Shown piece by piece: positions 52,235-62,112 of a stretch of 64,000 nt of DNA. Both the position numbers and the translations under genes were made by a program. Within the stretch, counting starts at the first letter, position 1, and each line of letters starts with the position of its first letter. The stretch lies in the IMG/VR virus record IMGVR_UViG_3300003155_000003; one strand, written 5' to 3'. The notes beneath the pieces were generated by a model that was not told where the DNA came from, did no database searches, and worked only from the letters and a program-made list of their open reading frames with translations. Source of the stretch: a virus.

Positions 52235-52521
52235 TAGACTTAAATCAATACTTAACTGGAGCTAGCCCCTATGATGGGGCAGTAGCTCTTAAATATGATG
52301 AGGGGGATTATTCCTTAGAAACAATCCCACCCTCGGTTCCATATACAAATAATGATAAGCAACATACTGTAATGGATGGAGAAACCTTGCAGAACATTGC
52401 TTATCGTTATTATGGTGATTCGGGAAAATGGTATTTAATAGCTGAGGCTAATAATATCCTAAACCCTTTTGCAGAACTTGAACCTTATCAGTTAATAAGA
52501 ATACCAATGTATGGCAACTAA
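52231..52521 (+). CDS. LysM-domain tail protein (P2 gpX-like)
   Basis: HTVMDGETLQNIAYRYYGDSGKWYLIAEANNILNPFAELEPYQLIRIP matches the LysM consensus. ATGA overlap with the upstream gene. Confidence 0.75.
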   Translation: MIDLNQYLTGASPYDGAVALKYDEGDYSLETIPPSVPYTNNDKQHTVMDGETLQNIAYRYYGDSGKWYLIAEANNILNPFAELEPYQLIRIPMYGN

Positions 52522-53008
52522 GAAACCTAATCAATCAATTCTTTATAATGGAACAGCAACACCCTATATGGCACTGTTCGATTCTGGAGGTATGCCTATA
52601 ATGAATGTAATTACAGGTATACCTCTTGGCGCTTATATAAGTAATTGGAGCTACAAATATGATGAGGAGAAGGAGAACTTAGCAACCATCACATTTGATA
52701 CTGGAGACCCAGATACAGTAGATATCCCAGAACTCCAGGAAGGCTCTATTATTTATCTTCAGTGGGGATACATATATCCAGATGGCCAATTTATTTCAAG
52801 TCCCATACGAAGTATTAAGGTAAGGGATTTGGATTGTGTATTCGATTCTACTGGTACTCATGTGACATTAAAGTGTATAGATACCGTTGGAGATTTAAGA
52901 TTCCAACCACCATACACCTATTCGGATTTATCGGAGTATAGCTTATCTAATTTTTTAGATAAGGGTTGTAACAATGATATCGGTGTAATCATAGAAATAT
53001 TTCAGTAA
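52511..53008 (+). CDS. hypothetical baseplate-hub-associated protein
   Basis: 165 aa, coupled (TAATG) to the downstream gpD-like gene. Confidence 0.45.
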   Translation: MATKKPNQSILYNGTATPYMALFDSGGMPIMNVITGIPLGAYISNWSYKYDEEKENLATITFDTGDPDTVDIPELQEGSIIYLQWGYIYPDGQFISSPIRSIKVRDLDCVFDSTGTHVTLKCIDTVGDLRFQPPYTYSDLSEYSLSNFLDKGCNNDIGVIIEIFQ

Positions 53009-54912
53009 TGGCTAAACAAGTAATAAGTAATAAAGTTTACGAGTCACTACAGGTCCCGACAGAACAGAGTCGAAATACTGTTGGAAAGATACTTTACTCT
53101 AATAGTTTTAGTGGAGTAGCTCAAGTACCTATGCCAGCAGATTTGAAAGCTCTGATAGATAGTGACTTAGGGTTAATAGGTAATAACATCTTAGTTCAAT
53201 TAGAACAAAAGATGAAAGGTTATCCTAATGGTCCTTGGTATATTGATTCTCGAGATGGTGTAATCTATATTCATAATCGAAAGTTTACCCAAGAGCCAGA
53301 ATATAATTATATATACCAATCCGAAAATGGTGAGGTACTCAAAGTATCATTTACCATGCAGAATGTAAAGAAAAGAGTTAAAGCAATTCTATCCCAAACT
53401 GTAGACTCGGATGAAAAGGATATTATTGTGGGTTCTACTGGTATTCAAGAACCAGACAAGGATAAAGAACAGATAACCCCTAAACGGGATAAGGCAGTAA
53501 CTCCTCAAGATAATACTGAAGTAGTACCCTCTTGGGATTATAATACCGGTCAGAATTTCGGATTGGGTCACCCTAATACTCAGGCTGAATTTGTAGATAA
53601 TCAGAAGAGAGCAAAGGGTTTTGCTGTTCCAGATTTAAAAACTCTGAGAGAAGCTAATTCAAAAGAACCATTACCTACTCCGGGCCAATCTTTTAATGCT
53701 AGTAAAGAGGCTAAGCTTAATCAGATGTCTGTTGAAGATTATCAAAGAGCTATATCAGAAGTAGAGAGAACTTTACCTGCTGATAAACGAGCTATACTTC
53801 AACAAATTAAGAAAACCTGTAAGACTGGTAAATCCGTTGAAAGTAATCTAAAACAATATTTTGAAGCTGAGAAATATGTATTTACTGGTGATGAACAGAT
53901 AAGGTATATGGCTGAAGAATATATAGACCCTACTGAGTATGACCCAGAAGGTTATAGGATAAAATCTGGTAGAGCTATGGGTGGTTTAGAATACCAAACT
54001 AGTTATTCTAGTGCTTGGGATAGAGGTTATGGAGCTATGCAAAAAGACCCAAATATTGTTGAGGTATCTTCAACCGATACTCAACAATATAATTTGGGTT
54101 ATGGTAATATGGGTAAGAAAGTAAAAGTACGCCGTTGGAAGAAACACGATTTATCAGTACCTCTATACAAGTTATATCACAACTTATTTAGTAGATATGG
54201 TGGAGCAGATAAATATATTTGGGCTATGAATGCTAATGCTAATGGTGGTCTTAAAACTACTGAAAGAAAACTTTCTTGTCAAATGACCGTAGTTGGTAGA
54301 CCTTCATTACAATCTTCTCAGGTAATTTTTTTAGGGAATGTAGGTAAACGTTGGTCTGGGTATTGGTATATTAAATCAGTACAACATTCGATGGATGCAG
54401 GTCAGGGTTATCTATGCACTCTAGATTTGATTAAGAATAATGCTCGGGATGGACAGATAACTGCTAAGTCTCACCTAAGTACTCAGGATATTGTAAGCAA
54501 TGATGCTGCTTCCGGTGCTAAAACCCCGTTTGGTAAAGATAAGAAAAAATCTGGGCCTGATTCTAGTATTAACTTTAACTTTACTAATAATGAAGTAACT
54601 TATTTTGTTGAAGCTTATATGGACCCAGAAACTGGTAAAATGGTAGACCCAAAAGGTGCTGGAAAATTTTTACTTAATAAGCTTTATACGGATGAGATAT
54701 ATGCTAAAGACCCAATGGCTATAGCTGCTGGTACTGTACAAACTGAGGGCAATATGGTATATTCTGACGGTATTCTTAAACCGGGTAAAGTTACGGTAAA
54801 ATGGGTAGACCCAAGTAAGATTACCCCAGAGATGAAGGCTAAGTATAATTTTGATTGGATTAACTATGCTGAGAAGATGTACATTCAGTATAATAAAAAC
54901 AAAAAAAAATAA
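53008..54912 (+). CDS. baseplate hub / late-control gpD-like protein
   Basis: MTVVGRPSLQSSQVIFLGNVGKRWSGYWYIKSVQHSMDAGQGYLCTLDLIKN matches the C-terminal gpD-family pattern (G.p.l.aG..v.l.g.g..f.G.y.i..v.H......Gy.t.l.l). The gene lies upstream of the gpV-like spike. Confidence 0.65.
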   Translation: MAKQVISNKVYESLQVPTEQSRNTVGKILYSNSFSGVAQVPMPADLKALIDSDLGLIGNNILVQLEQKMKGYPNGPWYIDSRDGVIYIHNRKFTQEPEYNYIYQSENGEVLKVSFTMQNVKKRVKAILSQTVDSDEKDIIVGSTGIQEPDKDKEQITPKRDKAVTPQDNTEVVPSWDYNTGQNFGLGHPNTQAEFVDNQKRAKGFAVPDLKTLREANSKEPLPTPGQSFNASKEAKLNQMSVEDYQRAISEVERTLPADKRAILQQIKKTCKTGKSVESNLKQYFEAEKYVFTGDEQIRYMAEEYIDPTEYDPEGYRIKSGRAMGGLEYQTSYSSAWDRGYGAMQKDPNIVEVSSTDTQQYNLGYGNMGKKVKVRRWKKHDLSVPLYKLYHNLFSRYGGADKYIWAMNANANGGLKTTERKLSCQMTVVGRPSLQSSQVIFLGNVGKRWSGYWYIKSVQHSMDAGQGYLCTLDLIKNNARDGQITAKSHLSTQDIVSNDAASGAKTPFGKDKKKSGPDSSINFNFTNNEVTYFVEAYMDPETGKMVDPKGAGKFLLNKLYTDEIYAKDPMAIAAGTVQTEGNMVYSDGILKPGKVTVKWVDPSKITPEMKAKYNFDWINYAEKMYIQYNKNKKK

Positions 54913-54919
54913 GTGAATA

Positions 54920-55639
54920 ATGTACTCAACTGCTAAATTGATAACAGAAGAAGGCCTCGAAGGATTGGGTAGATATTACTCAGTCTATCGAGGCATTGTG
55001 GTAGATAATGATGACCAAGAGAAACATATGAATCGTATCAAGGTATGTTGTCCTGAAGTAATGAGTGGCATTATATCTTGGGCTTACCCAAAGAGTCAAC
55101 ATGGTTCTATCAACAATGGTTTTAAGTTCTTAGCTCCTAAGGTTGGTGATATAGTATTTGTTACTTTTGAGTTTGGAGACCCAACTAAACCCCTATGGGA
55201 ATATCATGGTTGGGCTTTAAATCAAATACCAAGTCCTTTAGATGGACCAAACAAAATGGGTATTATTACTCCAGAAGGCAATGTAATAGTTCTAGATGAT
55301 GATAATGGTAAACTAACCATGTACATCAATGGAGACATTGGAGTTACTGCAAAAGGTAACATATCTATCCAAGCTCAAGGAGACGTAAGTGTAGGTTCTG
55401 GTGATACAGTAATCTTAAACAAAGGAGAGAATCAAGGAGTAGTTAATATTAAAGAACTAACCGAAAAGCTAAACCAAACTGTTCAAGAACTAGAATCACT
55501 TAGAGCTCTATTTAATTCTCATGTACACTCTGGTGTAACTACTGGACCAGGTTCTTCGGGTCCTACTGTAACTCAAGCAAGTAAACCATTCTCGGAATTT
55601 AAACAAGAAGATTACGAGGATACTAAATGTATACACTAA
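54920..55639 (+). CDS. baseplate spike, gpV/gp5 OB-fold family
   Basis: YRGIVVDNDDQEKHMNRIKVCCPEVMSGIISWAYPKSQ...LAPKVGDIVFVTFEFGDPTKPLWEYHGW is the classic gpV N-terminal signature. Confidence 0.8.
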   Translation: MYSTAKLITEEGLEGLGRYYSVYRGIVVDNDDQEKHMNRIKVCCPEVMSGIISWAYPKSQHGSINNGFKFLAPKVGDIVFVTFEFGDPTKPLWEYHGWALNQIPSPLDGPNKMGIITPEGNVIVLDDDNGKLTMYINGDIGVTAKGNISIQAQGDVSVGSGDTVILNKGENQGVVNIKELTEKLNQTVQELESLRALFNSHVHSGVTTGPGSSGPTVTQASKPFSEFKQEDYEDTKCIH

Positions 55640-56061
55640 TGGATAATTACTTTACTGACATAATAGGGAAAGGGGTGACTTTCCCTATTCAACTAAGTAG
55701 AAATGAAAAGGGTGAAACTGGATGGTATCCGGTTAATGGAGATATGGAGTTAGTAAGAAATAATATTAACTCTATCCTATATTATATGATAGGCCAGAGA
55801 TTTCGACAGGAAAACTTTGGGAATCGCTTATGGGAATGTATAGAAGAGCCAAATTCACAAGCCCTGAGTTTTATTATTAAAGAGTTTATAAAAACTGCAA
55901 TTGGTACCTGGGAACAAAGGTTAACCTTTAAAGGTATCAAGGTTGCTAGAGTTGATGCAAAGGTAAATATAGAAGTAGAATATTCTATTAATGGTACAGG
56001 CTCTAGCCAATATCTATACCTTACCTACAACAACTTAGATAATTCATTAAATACAAAATAA
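55627..56061 (+). CDS. baseplate wedge protein, gpW/gp25-like
   Basis: GKGVTFPIQL...VRNNINSILYYMIGQRFRQENFGNRLWECIEEPN matches the gp25-family pattern (i.qsi..il.T..GeR...p.fG..l....). Confidence 0.8.
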   Translation: MYTLMDNYFTDIIGKGVTFPIQLSRNEKGETGWYPVNGDMELVRNNINSILYYMIGQRFRQENFGNRLWECIEEPNSQALSFIIKEFIKTAIGTWEQRLTFKGIKVARVDAKVNIEVEYSINGTGSSQYLYLTYNNLDNSLNTK

Positions 56062-56062
56062 T

Positions 56063-57784
56063 ATGGGAATCACTAATAAATGGCTTAACCCTTATCAGAG
56101 GTCTTATCAACAGATTAAGGCCAAGCTGATAGAATCTCTTATGGGTATAAAAGACAGAGAGGGGAATGTACTCATAACAGATTACTCGGAAGGAAACATA
56201 TTAATCATTATCCTTTCATTATTTGCGGCTATTGCCGAAGTTCTTCATTACTACATTGATAACATGGCAAGGGAAACCTTCTTACCTACTGCCAGAAAGT
56301 ATGGTTCAGTAGTTAAGCATGGTGCCTTGGTGGATTATCATGCAAGAGGTGCTATTGCTGCATCGGTAGACTTAATGATATCAAGGGATGTATCTGGAGA
56401 TTCCATTGGAGCTAAGTTAACTATACCTGCAGGTACTTTATTCACAGACCAATCAGGGAACAAATGGTTATCTACTAGAGATGTAGTTTGGTATTCAAAT
56501 GTGACTGATTGTAAGGTACCAGTAGTACAACATGAGTTATACACTGAAAGTCAGGTTAATGGTATGATTATACCATCCGAAGAAAAATTAAGAATTACTC
56601 TCGGTACTTTACCCAATGGTAAATACTATGAACATGGAACTATGAACATGAAGATTGGTGGAGAATCTTGGGTATTAGTAAATACCTTCGCTTATTCAAA
56701 ACCTACCGATAAACACTTCATGGTAGTAGTAGATGAATCTCTAACTCCTTATATTACCTTTGGAGATGGTTTATATGGTAAGAAACCTGCTGCTGGTGCA
56801 AAGATATCTGATTTAACTTTTTACCTTACATCTGGTAGTAACGGTAATGTTAAGTCTGGTACCATTACCTCAGTACCGTCAGTAATATCTTCTTCAGTAT
56901 CTGATGCAACTGTAAGTAATACTTATAATGCAGGTGGTGGCTCTAACTACGAAAACTTTGGTATGCTCAAAGAACATATACCTTTGAGTGTTAAGACTAT
57001 GGGAGTAGCTGTTACTAAACAGGACTTTGTAGACTTGGCTAAACTGGTAGATGGAGTTAGTAAAGCTAAAGCTGAATATGAATGCGGTAGAAAACTTATT
57101 GTATACATTGCTCCAGATAATGGGGTAATTGCCAATTCTTCCATGATTAAGAAGGTATATGATATCTTACATCAGAATTCACCTCTTACTACTTGGTTGA
57201 CTGTTAAGTCGGCAGGTAAAGTTAATATTATACTGGATATCGAAGTTACTGGTAAGAAGTCATATAAAACCTCAGAAATTCAATCTCAGGTACTCGGTGC
57301 TTTGTTTAATGCTTATTCTCCTGAGAGTTCAGACATTGGTGGTAGTGTAAGAATCTCAGATATCTATGCCCTTATAGATAATCTGGAATCAGTAGATTAC
57401 CTACACTTAAAGAAATTCTATACTAAACCTTGGCCTACAACCCTTTATGGTAACAAGGAATTAATCCTTGGTCAATTCCAATTGGATAAGGCTAACGGTT
57501 CTATGGCTTATTTTATATCTTTCTCTTCAGGAACTACGTTTACCCTCAAGTCTCTGAAAGGTGGATTTTCTTATGATGGAAAAATAGGTAAGACTACACA
57601 GATTCGAGATAATATAAATGGGTTTATCTTTGCCCTTGATATTCAGAACAATGGTTATCAATCTGGATTCAGATATACCATAACCATTGCCGAACCTAAC
57701 AAGGATTATACAGACCCAGGTTATAATATCCCGGTATTCGAAGATTCAAGTCAGTTAACACTTAAAGTAAATGAAACAGTATGA
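56063..57784 (+). CDS. baseplate wedge protein, gpJ-like
   Basis: 573 aa, immediately after the gpW-like gene and before the gpI-like gene, following the V-W-J-I order of P2 and Mu. Confidence 0.7.
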   Translation: MGITNKWLNPYQRSYQQIKAKLIESLMGIKDREGNVLITDYSEGNILIIILSLFAAIAEVLHYYIDNMARETFLPTARKYGSVVKHGALVDYHARGAIAASVDLMISRDVSGDSIGAKLTIPAGTLFTDQSGNKWLSTRDVVWYSNVTDCKVPVVQHELYTESQVNGMIIPSEEKLRITLGTLPNGKYYEHGTMNMKIGGESWVLVNTFAYSKPTDKHFMVVVDESLTPYITFGDGLYGKKPAAGAKISDLTFYLTSGSNGNVKSGTITSVPSVISSSVSDATVSNTYNAGGGSNYENFGMLKEHIPLSVKTMGVAVTKQDFVDLAKLVDGVSKAKAEYECGRKLIVYIAPDNGVIANSSMIKKVYDILHQNSPLTTWLTVKSAGKVNIILDIEVTGKKSYKTSEIQSQVLGALFNAYSPESSDIGGSVRISDIYALIDNLESVDYLHLKKFYTKPWPTTLYGNKELILGQFQLDKANGSMAYFISFSSGTTFTLKSLKGGFSYDGKIGKTTQIRDNINGFIFALDIQNNGYQSGFRYTITIAEPNKDYTDPGYNIPVFEDSSQLTLKVNETV

Positions 57785-60237
57785 CAAATCTTAAAAACCT
57801 AATTGATTTCTTACCATTTGAATTTAAGGAGCAAGATACTTATAAAGTCAATGGTAAGGGTATATTAGAAAGATTTCTAGAAATATGTGGTTCATACTTC
57901 CAAGATAATATTACTTCTGATATTGATAATATTCTAGATTTAATCGATATCGATAAAACTCAACAGAGGTATTTAAACTACCTCTGGGAGTTCTTGGGAG
58001 AATTACCCTTTGCTAGAACAGGAGAACATACAGGAGTTCCTAATCTAAGTGATGAACAGATTCGTACAATTTTAAAGTACTCAATCTCATTACTTAAGAT
58101 TAGAGGCTCAAGGAAGTTCTTCGAAATTCTTTTTAATATGTATGGGTTAACATGTACCATTGTAGACCCAACAGATGGAGAGATGGATAAATGGGAAAAG
58201 GTAGACCCATTATATGATACTGATTATTCCCGGTACGATAAGTACAACTATGATAAGATTTATGGTTGTGCTCAATGTATCGAGGTAGATATTAGTATCG
58301 GTGGCCATGGCTTTACATCTCCAACTAAAGAGTTCAAGGCTTTCAAACAATCAATTGATAAATTATTCGATAGGTTCTTACCTTATAATGTATCTGGAAA
58401 TATTAAATATGGTTTTGACTTAGCCTACAATTATAAGATAGTTGCAGAACCAATGGTATCTCCGGCAAAGATTGTAACTGGCCATATTACAGAAGTACCT
58501 ATTAGAGTAACTGTAACTTCGGATTATGAGGATGCAGACTTAAGGTATCAGGTAACTGGATATGACCCCTCAAAAAACAAGTGGAGCTCTAAACTATACG
58601 AAAGTGGTTCTATCTTTTATGCAAAGAAAGGTGACCAAAGATATTATTTCAGAAGCGTTGGAGATAATTCGGTAACTACTTATGTAGATATAGGTTTAGA
58701 GTACTACACTAAGTCTTATCATATCTATGCAGACTTAATAAGTGGCGGTACCGACTTAGATAACTTGGTAATCACTGGTAGTAATACTAAGATTGAAGTT
58801 AAGGTTACTGCTAATTTGAATTATCAAGGTAGTATTAAACCGGTAGGTGTTCAGTTAATAAATACTCATGAAATTAAACCTTCTGGTTCTATTTGGGAAA
58901 TAACTTCTGCAGGTACTTACGAATTTGTTATTGCAGACTTCCCGGCAAAGAGGATAATCTTAAAGGTTACTTCAATAGCTACTAATTATACTGTAATATG
59001 TGAACCTCGAAATGTAAACATTACTAATTTAGAATCATCTAAGATAACTATTCGTTCCTCAGACCCAAATGAAAATACTACTAATTTGATTGCCGTACTT
59101 ACTACAGACCCAGGAGTATTGGTTAGGAATGGTTCTAGATGGACTCCTACCCGAGTAGGTACATTCTTATTCAGATGTACCAAAGATACTTCTGGTAATT
59201 CTGCAAATTATGGTACAGTAGTTGCTTACAAATTGGGATACACAATTACTTATGGTATTGGAGTATCTAATAAGAAGCTTAGCTTGAATGCTCAAGGTAC
59301 TGCTTCTATTAAGTTGTTCCTTACTTCGGGTATCTATTATTCTACCTTTGAAAGTGCTAACCTATATTCATACTTCAATGATACCATAAATGTATACAGA
59401 AAGAATACCTCGGGTACTTGGGTAAAATTAGGGGATGTAGAATTAGAAGATAGATATGTAGAAGGTCCAGATTTCTATTATGGTAAAAGTATAGATTACC
59501 TATTTAATGAAGTTGGTACTTATAAGTTTGAATCCGTAGGAGACCCAACCAAAACGGTAGAGGTAGAGGTATTAGAATATGTACCTACACCTGAATCCTA
59601 TTTATGGTTAGAACCAATGAATCCCGATGATGAAAATTGGTATGAACTAGAGCCATATTCTCAAACGGAATCCACTAAATATATTAAGGCTGGTTATCAA
59701 TTAACCAAGAATCAGAATTGCCAATTCTATTTAAGATATGGAGATGGTGGTAGTCAGATAACTGGTATTACAGTAGAAGGTTTATCCGAAACTTATAGTT
59801 CGAATATCTTAATTACCTTTGATACTGCTGGTACCTATAAATTTTATTATCGAGGTTCAGTAGTAACTTTAACCGTAAAAAAAGTAGTACCTCAGTATAA
59901 ATTAACTCTTAATCCTGTAAGTGCAGAACTAAGCGATAGTGTACCAGAAGTATCTACTATTGTAACATGTACTTCGGATACTGGAGACTCTGGTGATATA
60001 GTTTATGAGACGGTTCCCGATGTAGTTCATACCAGTCCCTATCAGTTCTTTACCAATCTACCTGGAAAACATACTTTTTATGTAAAAGATAATCCTGCAG
60101 TCAAAGTAGTATTTTTAGTAAATATAAAAGACATAGTAGATAAAACAGAATTAGTATGGGAGTCTAACGATATATCAGAGCAGGGAATCCAAATAGAGGT
60201 TCCCGAAGAAACAGAATGGAAACTTAAAATAGAATAA
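57781..60237 (+). CDS. baseplate/tail protein, gpI-like N-terminus with long C-terminal beta-rich extension
   Basis: The N-terminus LIDFLPFEFKE...RYLNYLWEFLGE...LLKIRGSRKFFEILFNMYGL resembles the Tail_P2_I pattern. ATGA overlap with the gpJ-like gene. Confidence 0.65.
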   Translation: MTNLKNLIDFLPFEFKEQDTYKVNGKGILERFLEICGSYFQDNITSDIDNILDLIDIDKTQQRYLNYLWEFLGELPFARTGEHTGVPNLSDEQIRTILKYSISLLKIRGSRKFFEILFNMYGLTCTIVDPTDGEMDKWEKVDPLYDTDYSRYDKYNYDKIYGCAQCIEVDISIGGHGFTSPTKEFKAFKQSIDKLFDRFLPYNVSGNIKYGFDLAYNYKIVAEPMVSPAKIVTGHITEVPIRVTVTSDYEDADLRYQVTGYDPSKNKWSSKLYESGSIFYAKKGDQRYYFRSVGDNSVTTYVDIGLEYYTKSYHIYADLISGGTDLDNLVITGSNTKIEVKVTANLNYQGSIKPVGVQLINTHEIKPSGSIWEITSAGTYEFVIADFPAKRIILKVTSIATNYTVICEPRNVNITNLESSKITIRSSDPNENTTNLIAVLTTDPGVLVRNGSRWTPTRVGTFLFRCTKDTSGNSANYGTVVAYKLGYTITYGIGVSNKKLSLNAQGTASIKLFLTSGIYYSTFESANLYSYFNDTINVYRKNTSGTWVKLGDVELEDRYVEGPDFYYGKSIDYLFNEVGTYKFESVGDPTKTVEVEVLEYVPTPESYLWLEPMNPDDENWYELEPYSQTESTKYIKAGYQLTKNQNCQFYLRYGDGGSQITGITVEGLSETYSSNILITFDTAGTYKFYYRGSVVTLTVKKVVPQYKLTLNPVSAELSDSVPEVSTIVTCTSDTGDSGDIVYETVPDVVHTSPYQFFTNLPGKHTFYVKDNPAVKVVFLVNIKDIVDKTELVWESNDISEQGIQIEVPEETEWKLKIE

Positions 60238-60243
60238 AAATAG

Positions 60244-60750
60244 ATGGAAAGCAACTCTTTTAACACAGTCTTCAAAACTAGCCTTATAGGATTCACTTCT
60301 GAATTCTACGGTATTATCTTTGACCTAAGGTGGATGATTTTATTAGCCTTTGTATTAATACTCTCGGACTTCTGGTTTGGAATATCCGTCAGTAGGATGC
60401 AGGGCATAGAAGTAAGAAAATCTAGAGCAGGAAGAAGAACTCTTAATAAAATTATTGATTATTTATGTTACGTATTACTTGGAGCCATTATAGGTAAGGC
60501 TATTGGAGACCCCTATGGACTTAATCCTATAACAGTTTCTATAACAATCATGATACTATGTTATTGTTTCGAAATAGATAGTATTTACAACCATATCTGT
60601 GAACTTCATGGAGTAAAGAAAAGGTATAGTATATGGGCTATCTTATGGAAATTTATAACATTCAAGTTCAAAGATGTAGGAGAGGCTTTCCAAGATATGA
60701 AAAATCAATCGAAAGATTTTAAGAACAATAAAAACGAGGATACAGTATGA
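60244..60750 (+). CDS. holin-like membrane protein (Phage_holin_4-like)
   Basis: 168 aa with three to four hydrophobic segments. LILSDFWFGISVSRMQG...SRAGRRTLNKIIDYLCYVLLGAIIG...CFEIDSIYNHICELHG parallels the holin-4 family layout (D..tG......S.k...G..kK...). Confidence 0.55.
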   Translation: MESNSFNTVFKTSLIGFTSEFYGIIFDLRWMILLAFVLILSDFWFGISVSRMQGIEVRKSRAGRRTLNKIIDYLCYVLLGAIIGKAIGDPYGLNPITVSITIMILCYCFEIDSIYNHICELHGVKKRYSIWAILWKFITFKFKDVGEAFQDMKNQSKDFKNNKNEDTV

Positions 60751-62012
60751 AAACTTATTTCGATTATGAAGGTATTATTAAATCCAAGGATGCAGCTGAA
60801 GCCATAGCTGCACCAGTTGGTATAGGCCCCTTTTGTGGATTTGGTTCAGCAGTGATAAATAACAATGCTATCACAATATCTCCAAATGGAGAACCTACCT
60901 CACCGGCTTACCTGGCAATAAAGGATAGAATTATTGCAAGGTATATGACTAAGGCTTCGGATTCTGGAGAAGGCCCAGAAGTTAATTTCGGATGTATTGC
61001 CAGGGATGGTATGATATTTATATCGGATGCTGCAACAATCCGTATCTCAAATATCGAAGGTTCTAAAGGTAGTAATGAAGATGTGATTGTATTTGCATAT
61101 CATACTCCTTTGGAAGAACCAGTACAGAACCCAGTACAATTTAGAGCTTTCTGGAATGAATCAAATTCCTTCTACAGTTTGTATAAGAAGTCGGTAGACC
61201 CCTTATATCCAAGTGCTAAGGGGTCTAGAAACTTGTCAAAAACAAACGTATTAGAAGATACGGAATTAACTTATGAGTCACTAGCTAGTAGAGCTATGGC
61301 TTCGGTAGCTCAAGGCTTGGTAGACAAATCATCCATGGTACTGATAGGTATTTATGGTCAAGGTATTAACTCTATAGATAATACAGTAGAGAAATATTCT
61401 ATTGTCCCCTATGGGGGAAGATTCCCTCAACCAGTAGAATATAATACTGCTATCCATGGTATGCAACAATCTAATGTAGAAACTCTCTTACGGTTATTAC
61501 AGGGATTCCCTAATTTTGATATTAAGGCTTATATTGATGAAAAATTAGGTAGTAGTAATAGTGTGGGAGGCTCAAGTATACCGAGAGGATTAATTGCTAT
61601 GTGGAATGGTACTCAGATTCCTGATGGCTGGGCTTTATGTAATGGTCAGATTGTAGATGATTTACAAACTCCAGACTTATCTGGTAAGTTTATAGTAGGT
61701 TGGCAATCTGGTAATGAGGATTATAATCTTATTGGTAATACTGGAGGTAAAGATAAAGTTACATTAAGTGCTACCGAGATACCTGCTCATAACCATGAAT
61801 TTCAAGATGCCTATTTTTGTGAAGCTTTTTCAGATATGGTTGCTCCCAATGGTACGAAATGGATTGGTAATAACCTTACTGGTGCCAAATCTTCCGATAG
61901 AGATAATTCCTATGTATCCCTGTGGAATCATAATACTCTTGATACTGGTGGAGGACGAGCTCATGAGAATAGACCTCCCTATTACGTACTAGCTTACATT
62001 ATAAAACTATAA
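60747..62012 (+). CDS. tail fibre with phage tail-collar domain
   Basis: IPRGLIAMWNGTQIPDGWALCNGQIVDDLQTPDLSGKFIVGW followed by GNTGGKDKVTLSATEIPAHNHEF is the canonical tail-collar motif. Confidence 0.8.
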   Translation: MKTYFDYEGIIKSKDAAEAIAAPVGIGPFCGFGSAVINNNAITISPNGEPTSPAYLAIKDRIIARYMTKASDSGEGPEVNFGCIARDGMIFISDAATIRISNIEGSKGSNEDVIVFAYHTPLEEPVQNPVQFRAFWNESNSFYSLYKKSVDPLYPSAKGSRNLSKTNVLEDTELTYESLASRAMASVAQGLVDKSSMVLIGIYGQGINSIDNTVEKYSIVPYGGRFPQPVEYNTAIHGMQQSNVETLLRLLQGFPNFDIKAYIDEKLGSSNSVGGSSIPRGLIAMWNGTQIPDGWALCNGQIVDDLQTPDLSGKFIVGWQSGNEDYNLIGNTGGKDKVTLSATEIPAHNHEFQDAYFCEAFSDMVAPNGTKWIGNNLTGAKSSDRDNSYVSLWNHNTLDTGGGRAHENRPPYYVLAYIIKL

Positions 62013-62078
62013 TAATGTGTAACTACTTGTAACAATATCAATGAACTTTTAATTTATGAATTGCTTAACAATTGGGAT

Positions 62079-62108
62079 AGGGACGTTGGGAAACGCCCCT
62101 TTCTTTTT
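62079..62108 (+). terminator. terminator at end of late operon (between convergent genes)
   Basis: GGGACGTT-ggga-AACGCCCC (one mismatch) followed by TTTCTTTTTG. Confidence 0.6.
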
Positions 62109-62112
62109 GTGT

